DNA of 64,000 nucleotides. It comes from Candidatus Nanosyncoccus sp. (GTDB taxonomy: Bacteria > Patescibacteriota > Saccharimonadia > Saccharimonadales > Saccharimonadaceae). This document shows positions 9,156-17,744 of the stretch, piece by piece. The position numbers and the translations under genes were made by a program. The stretch lies in contig JAZUAP010000007.1 of the NCBI GenBank assembly GCA_045638045.1, forward strand, positions 5,907 to 69,906, read 5' to 3'. A model generated the notes under the pieces. That model saw only the letters and a list, made by a program, of their open reading frames with translations. It did no database searches and was not told the DNA's origin. Each line of letters starts with the position of its first letter. Position 1 is the stretch's first letter.

Positions 9156-10243
9156 CAAAGAAGAAGACTAAAATTTGGAACGGTATGAAGCGAGTTTTGC
9201 CCTATATTTTGACGGGGATAATCGTACTTGCTTTGGTTTTTGTTGGCTCGATGGACAAACAAAACCAAGAAGTGAATTTGAGTCTTAATTCTTTTGCTGA
9301 AGAAGACTATAATGAAGTGTCAGCGGCTGACCCTATGTCAGAGCTTTACGTGGTAGCCGATTTGTCAGACGCTTTAGGGTTAGCTTCGGCCTCTGATGTG
9401 GCTTCGAATTTTGTAATTACGACTACGATGTATAATTCGGGACAAACATCTTTAAGCGGTAAACTTGAAAAACCAAGTTTGACAGATGTAGATGCTTCGC
9501 GCGGTGTGATTGAGCATACTGTAGCTGAAGGAGAGAGCGTTGATACGATTGCGGCTTTATATGGAGTATCAGCTGACCAGATTCGTTGGTCGAATGGCTT
9601 GAAAACTTCAGAGGTTGGAATTGGGACAGTTCTTTTAGTACCGAGTACCTCTGGTATCGTTTATACTGTGAAAGCGGGTGACACTATTGAGTCTATTGTT
9701 TCAAAATATGGCTCGTCTGCGGAAGAAATTATTGCTTTGAACGACCTTGAAGTATCTGGTATTTCAGAGGGAATGAGGTTGGTAATTAAGGATGGTGCCT
9801 TGCCCGAAACTGAGCGACCGGAATATGTAGCACCGTCTCGACGTTCTTATAATAACAATAACAATGCCTATACCTATACATATCTGGGTAACTCTTCTGA
9901 ACGACAAAACATCCAGGTGATAGGCTATTACCGAATTGGCCGTGGTCAATGTGTGGACTGGGCTGGTTATATGAGACCAGATCTTGGTGGTTTGATGCTT
10001 GGAAATGCCAATGCTTGGGCGCGAAATGCTGCTGCGCATGGTTATTTGGTGAATCGTACTCCTGCGGCTGGTTCAATTTTCCAAACTGGAGCTGGTTGGT
10101 ATGGTCACGTGGGTTATGTTGAATCTGTAAATCCTGATGGCTCACTAACTGTGACTGAAATGAACTATGGCTATACTCCTTATCGTGCAATTCGAGCAAC
10201 GATTCCAGCTAGCGCAGTAGGGAATTTCAATTATATTCACTAA
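9152..10243 (+). CDS. Membrane-anchored peptidoglycan hydrolase, 2x LysM + CHAP domain
   Basis: 363 aa with ATGA overlap with the upstream gene. N-terminal TM helix. LysM repeats HTVAEGESVDTIAALYGVSADQIRWSNGL and YTVKAGDTIESIVSKYGSSAEEIIALNDL. CHAP-like C-terminus: GQCVDWAGY, WYGHVGYVESV, LTVTEMNY. Confidence 0.8.
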   Translation: MTKKKTKIWNGMKRVLPYILTGIIVLALVFVGSMDKQNQEVNLSLNSFAEEDYNEVSAADPMSELYVVADLSDALGLASASDVASNFVITTTMYNSGQTSLSGKLEKPSLTDVDASRGVIEHTVAEGESVDTIAALYGVSADQIRWSNGLKTSEVGIGTVLLVPSTSGIVYTVKAGDTIESIVSKYGSSAEEIIALNDLEVSGISEGMRLVIKDGALPETERPEYVAPSRRSYNNNNNAYTYTYLGNSSERQNIQVIGYYRIGRGQCVDWAGYMRPDLGGLMLGNANAWARNAAAHGYLVNRTPAAGSIFQTGAGWYGHVGYVESVNPDGSLTVTEMNYGYTPYRAIRATIPASAVGNFNYIH

Positions 10244-11650
<1,407 letters not shown>

Positions 11651-11681
11651 TCACATTTAGTAGTACGATTAAAGCATAATA

Positions 11682-11710
11682 TTGACAATTCATAAAGTTT
11701 GTGCTATAAT
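11682..11710 (+). promoter_or_regulatory. Canonical sigma70 promoter of the orphan two-gene cassette
   Basis: TTGACA (11682..11687), 17 nt spacer, TGcTATAAT (TATAAT at 11705..11710). It lies back to back with the obg promoter. Confidence 0.7.
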
Positions 11711-11767
11711 TATAGCATATTTTAGCGCTATTTACAGGGAGCGAGTTCATTAAAAAGGAGGTATGAT

Positions 11768-12019
11768 ATGCAGATGATGGTAGAGAAACAACTCATGAAT
11801 GTTGAAGAAGCGAAAAAGTCAATCGGCATGAAGATCGAACCGGAGAAGACGGAAAAGTATTCTACGCGTTTTGAGATTCGCGAAAAAACAAAGGGTCTGG
11901 CCGATCCAAAGATTATTCCGCTCAGCAAGGAAACCCTGAAAGAGATTATGATAGGTCTTTTCTCACTGAAGGAAATAAAGGAGATCGAGAAAGAAAAAAG
12001 GGCAAGAAGGGGGAGCTGA
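11768..12019 (+). CDS. Hypothetical 83-aa Lys/Glu-rich protein
   Basis: Strong SD (AAAAAGGAGG) 6 nt upstream of the ATG. Its stop TGA is 1 nt from the next ATG. No family recognised. Confidence 0.55.
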   Translation: MQMMVEKQLMNVEEAKKSIGMKIEPEKTEKYSTRFEIREKTKGLADPKIIPLSKETLKEIMIGLFSLKEIKEIEKEKRARRGS

Positions 12020-12020
12020 A

Positions 12021-12524
12021 ATGAGTAAACACCGTAGTCGAGGCGGCCGACATGCTCGCCCCGGATGGAGAATTCCTAATGGGGTATATGCTCCGGAAAC
12101 ACCTCAGCTGAAAGATTGGATTCCATTATTCTATGAGAAGGATGGAATCAAAAATCGTGAACTTGCGGTGAAAGATTTTTACCGGATTTGGAATAATTCT
12201 TTCATCAAAGAGATCCAGCTGAGAGGTAAGCTAGTACTAGGGGGTGAGTTATACGGCTGTCATGGACATCGGAATGGTAAATTGTTTACTACGCCTTATA
12301 TCACCTCCATTAAACGACTGGCTCACGGTAGGCCATGCACAAACCGTTTTCCGAAGGATGTCCTTTGTGCAACGACCAATACTGGCGAAACCTACTATTT
12401 TAATAGTGATAATTTCGACCTTAATATGGCGTTACTCCTGTGGGACGTCGAGAACGGTAATCCTTTGAATAAGGAGAAGCATTATTATGTGAATCCCCAT
12501 TTCAGAGGAGAAGAATTTATGTAG
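12021..12524 (+). CDS. Hypothetical 167-aa protein (basic N-terminus, Cys/His-containing core)
   Basis: Translationally coupled to the 83-aa ORF and followed by a terminator. MSKHRSRGGRHARPGW..., YGCHGHRNGK. No family recognised. Confidence 0.6.
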   Translation: MSKHRSRGGRHARPGWRIPNGVYAPETPQLKDWIPLFYEKDGIKNRELAVKDFYRIWNNSFIKEIQLRGKLVLGGELYGCHGHRNGKLFTTPYITSIKRLAHGRPCTNRFPKDVLCATTNTGETYYFNSDNFDLNMALLLWDVENGNPLNKEKHYYVNPHFRGEEFM

Positions 12525-12527
12525 AAT

Positions 12528-12550
12528 ACCCGGCAATCGCCGGGTTTTTC
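12528..12550 (+). terminator. Rho-independent terminator of the orphan cassette
   Basis: cccggc-aatc-gccggg hairpin followed by TTTTT. Confidence 0.8.
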
Positions 12551-12595
12551 TTGTGGAAAACTTGACAAAATGTAGCAATATTTTGAAAAATTATA

Positions 12596-12624
12596 TTGAC
12601 AGGCGAATGCTTATGGTTTATTAT
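12596..12624 (+). promoter_or_regulatory. Promoter of the candidate sRNA
   Basis: TTGACA (12596..12601), 17 nt spacer, TATTAT (12619..12624). Confidence 0.55.
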
Positions 12625-12630
12625 AAGAAT

Positions 12631-12776
12631 AAGCTGGTACGCTTCACAGGGGTTCCACTGAATGATTTAGTGGAGTGTGGAGACTTGACAAAAACAAACA
12701 GCGGATTAAAACAAACCAATGTGCCCCAAGGGTGGGCGCGTAACAGCGGGGAAAACCGGTCGCAAGGCCGGTTTTT
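12631..12776 (+). ncRNA. Candidate ~145-nt structured small RNA of unknown class
   Basis: Has its own promoter upstream. Internal hairpins: ccact-gaatgattt-agtgg nested in caca/tgtg, and gccc-caagggt-gggc. A duplicated aacagcgg motif. Ends in an aaaaccgg-tcgcaagg-ccggttttt terminator (12752..12776), immediately before the trmD promoter. No match to an RNA family I can recognise by eye. Confidence 0.45.
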
Positions 12777-12803
12777 ACTGAGGTTTGTGGTATAATGTAG
12801 GAT

Positions 12804-13472
12804 ATGATAAAGTTTACGATAATTACGCTTTTCCGGGAGGCGATTGAACCATATCTTAAGTCTTCAATGATGTGGAAGGCGGTTGATAAGGGACTCGCTG
12901 AATTTGATTTTGTGAATTTGCGTGATTTTGGACTAGGCCCACATAAATCCGTGGATGATACACCTTATGGGGGTGGGGATGGAATGTTGCTCCGATGCGA
13001 GCCAGTTTTTGAAGCGATTGAATCAGTAAAAGCTAAGGATCCATCGGCCAAAGTGATCATTCCTACCCCTGTAGGAAAGATATGGAATCAGGATATGGCG
13101 AGAAAGATGGCGAAAGCTGATTTCCAATCATCCCTACATTATATTATCTTGTGTCCTCACTACGAGGGGTATGATGAGCGGATTTTGTCGATTGTGGATT
13201 ATAAGATTTCACTGGGTAAGTACGTGTTAACAGGGGGTGAATTGCCGGCGCTTATTATTATCGACTCGGTCGTGAGATTGATACCTGGAGTTTTAGGAGG
13301 TGAAAAATCAGCGGAAATTGAATCATTTTCCGATGGTGATAACCTCGAATACCCACAGTATACGCGTCCAGAAGATTTTCGCGGTATGAAGGTGCCTGAG
13401 GTGCTGCTTTCAGGAAATCACGGCGAGATTGCCAAGTGGCGCGAGGAACACTCAAAAAAGGCGGATTATTAG
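12804..13472 (+). CDS. trmD: tRNA (guanine37-N1)-methyltransferase TrmD
   Basis: 222 aa with the typical TrmD pattern: ITLFREAIEPYL, VDDTPYGGGDGM, LTGGELPALIIIDSVVRLIPGVLG. TGgTATAAT (-10 at 12791..12796) lies 7 nt from the ATG. Confidence 0.92.
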   Translation: MIKFTIITLFREAIEPYLKSSMMWKAVDKGLAEFDFVNLRDFGLGPHKSVDDTPYGGGDGMLLRCEPVFEAIESVKAKDPSAKVIIPTPVGKIWNQDMARKMAKADFQSSLHYIILCPHYEGYDERILSIVDYKISLGKYVLTGGELPALIIIDSVVRLIPGVLGGEKSAEIESFSDGDNLEYPQYTRPEDFRGMKVPEVLLSGNHGEIAKWREEHSKKADY

Positions 13473-15515
13473 ATGGATTTAGATGCTTCGGTCGAGACTT
13501 TAAAAGGGGTGGGGCCGAAAACAGCTGAAAATTTAAAAAAATATGGAATCCGGACGGTCAGAGATTTTTTCTATAATCTCCCCCGTGATTATGAAAACTA
13601 CGAAACACCGACCACAATTTCCGATATGCAACCAGGTAAAGTGGTGATTAGGGGTAAAATTGATAATCTGACTTCTCGCCGTGCAAGGCGACGCAATCTG
13701 TCGGTGACTGAGGGCGTAGTTAAAGATAAAACTGGGGCGGTGAAAGTGATTTGGTTTAATCAATCTTATCGGATGAAGCAGTTTTCACCGGAGAAGGAAT
13801 ATTATTTTTCGGGGAATTTTGAGTTCAAAAACGGGCGATACAGCCTGATTTCACCCTCGGCAGCGGAGGTGTCGGATATTGATTTTTCCTCGGGGCTAAG
13901 TCCGGTATACGTGGCACATGGGAAGCTCAAATCGCATGATTTTCGAAGGTTAATGAGTAATTCTAAAGATATATTTTCACTGATTCCGGATTTACTGCCA
14001 TCGGTCAAGTCTGGAGTGAGAAAAGAAGCTCTTTTTCGGGCGCATTTTCCAAATTCTCAGAAATCTATCAAGGGAGCGAGAGATTATTTGGCTTATGAGG
14101 AATTATTTGAGCTTATTTTGGCCGCTCGATTGAATCGGCTGGAGAATGAAAAATTAAAAGCGACACCGATTCCTTTTAATCTTGCTAAAATTCGTGAATT
14201 TGTGGGGGCACTTCCGTTTAAATTGACTAACGCCCAGAGGCGGGCGAGCTGGGAGATTTTCCAAAATATGGAAAATCCAGTGCCAATGAATCGGTTGCTT
14301 CAGGGAGATGTGGGCTCTGGTAAGACGATGGTGGCCGCAATGGCGAGCTATGAGGTTTTCTTGACTGGGCAACAGGTGGCGCTACTTGCTCCGACGGCGA
14401 TTTTGGCGACGCAGCATTATGAGAGCTTAAAGGCTACTTTGGAACCATTTGGGGTGAAAATCGCATTACTAACTGGTGCGACCAAGAAAAAGGCAGACCT
14501 AAAAACACAGATTAAATCTGGTGAAATTGACCTAGTGGTGGGGACGCATGCACTTTTGACTGATGATACGGAGTTTTTAAATCTCGCGCTTGTGGTGATT
14601 GACGAACAGCATCGTTTTGGCGTGGAACAGAGGCAGAAACTAGCTTTAAAGTCGCCTGAGGGCTTGGCGCCACATTTATTAGCGATGACTGCTACGCCGA
14701 TTCCGAGGTCTTTGCAACTCACGGTGTTTGGTGATTTGGATGTGTCGATTCTCGACGAAATGCCGCGTGGTCGCCAACCAATCAAAACTACGATTTTAAA
14801 AGAGGTGGAGACGCGCGAAAAACTATACCCTAAAATATGTGAGACAATTGAGTCAAAACCAGATGTTAAAAGTCCGAAAGCGCATGGTCAGCAAGTATAC
14901 TGGATCTGTAAGGCGATTGAGGAGGGGATGTCGGAAGCTACCTCGGTCAAAACCCGAGCCAGGAAGCTTACCCAGCTATTTCCGAAGTATAAAATTGAGG
15001 TACTTCACGGTAAAATGAAGCCCGCTGAAAAAGACGCGATAATGGAAAAGTTTTCAAGTGGTGAGATTGATATTTTGGTATCGACGACAGTGGTGGAAGT
15101 AGGCGTGGACGTACCAAATGCGACTTTGATGATTATCGAGAATTCTGAATCGTATGGATTGGCGCAATTACATCAACTTAGGGGTCGCGTAGGGCGCGGG
15201 AGCTCAGCTTCGTATTGCTACCTTTTGACATCTGGTGATATGGGGCCTTCAAGACGACTACGTGAGCTTGAAAAATCAAATGACGGATTTTATCTTGCGG
15301 AAGTGGATCTAAAAATGCGCGGTCCAGGGGAGATTTATGGTGCTTTGCAACATGGCGCACTAGATCTAAGAATTGCTTCGCTTTCTGATACGAAGTTAAT
15401 CGCAAATGCTCAGAAGGATGTTTTGAGCTTCTTGCAAAAACCGGAAAATATGTTAAAATATGATGAATTGATGCGCGGAATCACTAAATACCAGCAAATA
15501 ACAACTTTGAATTAG
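13473..15515 (+). CDS. recG: ATP-dependent DNA helicase RecG
   Basis: 680 aa. N-terminal wedge/OB region. SF2 helicase motifs GDVGSGKT, DEQHRFGV, TATPIPRS, QLRGRVGRG. Confidence 0.92.
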   Translation: MDLDASVETLKGVGPKTAENLKKYGIRTVRDFFYNLPRDYENYETPTTISDMQPGKVVIRGKIDNLTSRRARRRNLSVTEGVVKDKTGAVKVIWFNQSYRMKQFSPEKEYYFSGNFEFKNGRYSLISPSAAEVSDIDFSSGLSPVYVAHGKLKSHDFRRLMSNSKDIFSLIPDLLPSVKSGVRKEALFRAHFPNSQKSIKGARDYLAYEELFELILAARLNRLENEKLKATPIPFNLAKIREFVGALPFKLTNAQRRASWEIFQNMENPVPMNRLLQGDVGSGKTMVAAMASYEVFLTGQQVALLAPTAILATQHYESLKATLEPFGVKIALLTGATKKKADLKTQIKSGEIDLVVGTHALLTDDTEFLNLALVVIDEQHRFGVEQRQKLALKSPEGLAPHLLAMTATPIPRSLQLTVFGDLDVSILDEMPRGRQPIKTTILKEVETREKLYPKICETIESKPDVKSPKAHGQQVYWICKAIEEGMSEATSVKTRARKLTQLFPKYKIEVLHGKMKPAEKDAIMEKFSSGEIDILVSTTVVEVGVDVPNATLMIIENSESYGLAQLHQLRGRVGRGSSASYCYLLTSGDMGPSRRLRELEKSNDGFYLAEVDLKMRGPGEIYGALQHGALDLRIASLSDTKLIANAQKDVLSFLQKPENMLKYDELMRGITKYQQITTLN

Positions 15516-15522
15516 GAGGATT

Positions 15523-16056
15523 ATGAGTAAGGATAAAGGAGGAAGAATTAAGATAACCGGCGGAAATTACAGTGGTCGGGCTATCAAAACTCCGGGACTT
15601 GATACTCACCCGATGGGGGAAAGGGAGCGATTGGCACTATTTAATATGCTTTTTGATTATATTCCTGATTCTGTGATTCTAGACGCTTTTTCTGGTTCGG
15701 GAGCGCTGGGAATTGAAGCTTTATCACGGGGGGCTTCGTCGGTGGTATTTGTAGAGAAAAATCCTAAAGCTTGCCAAGTGATTCGCGAGAACCTAAAAAA
15801 GCTAGGTTTGAGCGCTGAAGTAATAAAGAATGATGTTGTAAACTTTACAACAGATACTCCATTTGATGTAATTTTGGCTGATCCACCGTATGATAGGTTT
15901 GAAATAAGCGAAGTGAAGCATTTGTTACAATTTATAAAAAGTGGTGGTCTATTAGTTTTATCACATCCCGGAGAGGTTCCGGAACTGCCTGATATGGAAT
16001 TTTTGAAAACACGAAAATATGCTGGAGCAAATATTTCAATTTTTTGTAAGAGGTAG
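15523..16056 (+). CDS. rsmD: 16S rRNA (guanine966-N2)-methyltransferase RsmD
   Basis: 177 aa. LDAFSGSGALGIEALSRGA and ADPPYD motifs. Confidence 0.85.
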   Translation: MSKDKGGRIKITGGNYSGRAIKTPGLDTHPMGERERLALFNMLFDYIPDSVILDAFSGSGALGIEALSRGASSVVFVEKNPKACQVIRENLKKLGLSAEVIKNDVVNFTTDTPFDVILADPPYDRFEISEVKHLLQFIKSGGLLVLSHPGEVPELPDMEFLKTRKYAGANISIFCKR

Positions 16057-16108
16057 TCTTGCTTTTTTAGCAAAAGTGTGATATAATAAGGTTATAAGGA
16101 GTTTTATT

Positions 16109-16588
16109 ATGTATAATCAGATAGAAGCTGACAAGAAGGAGCGCCGAAAAATCATTGCTGTGGCTACAATTGCAGTAGCGATTATTTTGATTTTGATTGC
16201 GGCAATTGTGGTGGTGGCAACGCGAAAGACTTCGCGCAATACTTCAAAAACCGACGAAACTGAGACTGCTCAAGTGGATGACAACGGCGGTTCAAACGAA
16301 GGTGAGAATAAAGACGAAAACAAAGACGAGAATAAGGATGAGAACAAGGATGAAAAGAAGGATGACTCAAAAGATGAGTCCAAGAATGAAAAATCTGACA
16401 ATCCTATGATGGGTGGCACATCGACTGGTTCTTCAAAACCATCGTCTAGTTCAAGCGCTAAACCAGCTGAAAAGACCGATTCACCAATGCCAACGACTGG
16501 TCCAGAAGATATCTTGCCAGTTGCTTTGATGGCAGGTGTTTTAGTAGCCTATCTTGGCTCAAAGAAACTAGCAAAAGAAGAAGCTTAA
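16109..16588 (+). CDS. Small surface protein with an LPXTG-like (MPTTG) sorting signal and KDEN repeats
   Basis: 159 aa. N-terminal signal/anchor helix. (KDEN)n acidic repeats and a Ser-rich stretch. C-terminus MPTTG (16487..16501) + PEDILPVALMAGVLVAYLG + SKKLAKEEA. Confidence 0.7.
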   Translation: MYNQIEADKKERRKIIAVATIAVAIILILIAAIVVVATRKTSRNTSKTDETETAQVDDNGGSNEGENKDENKDENKDENKDEKKDDSKDESKNEKSDNPMMGGTSTGSSKPSSSSSAKPAEKTDSPMPTTGPEDILPVALMAGVLVAYLGSKKLAKEEA

Positions 16589-16596
16589 TCAAAAAG

Positions 16597-16629
16597 AGCG
16601 AGAGCGCGAAACGTGGTCTCGCTTTTTTG
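16597..16629 (+). terminator. Rho-independent terminator
   Basis: agcgaga ... tctcgct hairpin followed by TTTTTT. Confidence 0.7.
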
Positions 16630-16655
16630 TGCTCATTATGCTATAATTGAGGCAA

Positions 16656-16739
16656 GCCCGGGTGGTGGAATTGGTAGACACGTATGCCTTAGGAGCATAT
16701 GCCTATAGCGTGCAGGTTCAAATCCTGTCCCGGGCACCA
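16656..16739 (+). tRNA. tRNA-Leu (anticodon UAG), CCA encoded
   Basis: Acceptor stem gcccggg/cccgggc. D-loop GGAATTGGTAGAC. Anticodon arm tatgc-CTTAGGA-gcata. Long variable arm. T-loop GGTTCAAAT. 3' ACCA. TGcTATAAT (-10 at 16642..16647) ends 8 nt before the mature 5' end. Confidence 0.9.
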
Positions 16740-16779
16740 AGAAGTCCTTTTAGGGCTTTTTTGATGATATAATGGTTTT

Positions 16780-17442
16780 ATGACTAAGGATAAGCGCAGT
16801 AACCAATCATATAAATCACTTTTTCAAAAATATATGAGCGGGGGTTTAAAGCTCGAAAAATACCAAAAAATTGGAGTATTGCTGCTTGTGATTGTGCTGT
16901 CTGGCATTTTTGGTTGGGTTTATGAGTTTATCTTTTACTATTTTGATGGCGGAACTGGTGAATTCTATATGCAGGGTGGGAACTTTTTGCCGTGGATTAA
17001 TATTTATGCGATTGGCGCAGTACTAATAATTATCGCGACACATAAAATTAAACGTCATCCTTGGGCGGTGTTTCTTGTCGCGATGGTGGTGTCGGGAATT
17101 GTAGAGTTGGTTGGTGGGTGGCTAGTTTATACATTGTTTGATGGTTCAAGATACTGGGATTATAATACTGAGATTCTAAACTTTGGCAATATTGGTGGAT
17201 TCGTATGTTTAAGGAGTGTACTATTCTTTGGTGTGTCGGCACTATTTTTAACCTACGTGATGGTGCCGTTTTGTATATTTCTTTCAAAACGTATGTCGAA
17301 ACGAGCATTTTTGATTCTTTCAATTTCACTATTTACGATATTCATGGTGGATGAAGTGTATAATTTACTTGCTTCAAAAGTTTTCGGCTGGCCGAACGCG
17401 ATGGACTATTACCGCTCGATTGGCTGGAAGTATTTAACTTGA
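16780..17442 (+). CDS. Multi-pass membrane protein (resembles the 'putative ABC-transporter type IV'/CmpB-like family)
   Basis: 220 aa with about 6 hydrophobic helices. The GWVYEFIFYYF...PWINIYAIGAVLI pattern is reminiscent of that family. The assignment was made by eye only. Confidence 0.45.
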   Translation: MTKDKRSNQSYKSLFQKYMSGGLKLEKYQKIGVLLLVIVLSGIFGWVYEFIFYYFDGGTGEFYMQGGNFLPWINIYAIGAVLIIIATHKIKRHPWAVFLVAMVVSGIVELVGGWLVYTLFDGSRYWDYNTEILNFGNIGGFVCLRSVLFFGVSALFLTYVMVPFCIFLSKRMSKRAFLILSISLFTIFMVDEVYNLLASKVFGWPNAMDYYRSIGWKYLT

Positions 17443-17476
17443 AAACATGTGGTATAATAGACGAAAAGGAGGTCTA

Positions 17477-17707
17477 ATGGAATTCGTAAGACTAAAATAT
17501 GCCAACAACAAATTAATAAATTCTGACATCAAAGAACATCGTGAAGTAATTGAAGAATACGTAAACAAAAAAGGTATGGAGTACATTGGTTTTATTCCGG
17601 TTTTGTTTGGCCCAAGTGGCAAAACTTTAGAGATCGACTTGATATTCAAAAAGCCTGAGGAAAAGGAAGAAGATACTGATAAAAGATCTGAAACATCAAA
17701 AAAATAA
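17477..17707 (+). CDS. Hypothetical 76-aa protein
   Basis: The track ORF begins at 17447, but that ATG overlaps the TGgTATAAT box (17449..17457). The in-frame ATG at 17477 follows the SD AAAAGGAGG. Confidence 0.45.
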   Translation: MEFVRLKYANNKLINSDIKEHREVIEEYVNKKGMEYIGFIPVLFGPSGKTLEIDLIFKKPEEKEEDTDKRSETSKK

Positions 17708-17744
17708 TCTTTGCTGAATATTTTGTGATATAATGATAAGCAGT

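Noticed and set aside
12553-12795. 80-aa ORF in the obg-trmD spacer
   Set aside because: It begins (GTG) upstream of the TTGACA-17-TATTAT promoter, runs through an intrinsic terminator and into the trmD -10 box, and has no SD. The region is better explained as a small RNA.
14417-16073. Antisense ORFs of 120-150 aa inside recG and rsmD (similar cases at 20021..20470 in tig, 22941..23279 in rpiB, 27463..27930, 42775..43188 and 61389..61983)
   Set aside because: All lie opposite strongly conserved sense-strand genes, lack promoter or SD signals and have shadow-like composition (Ser/Leu/Phe rich).
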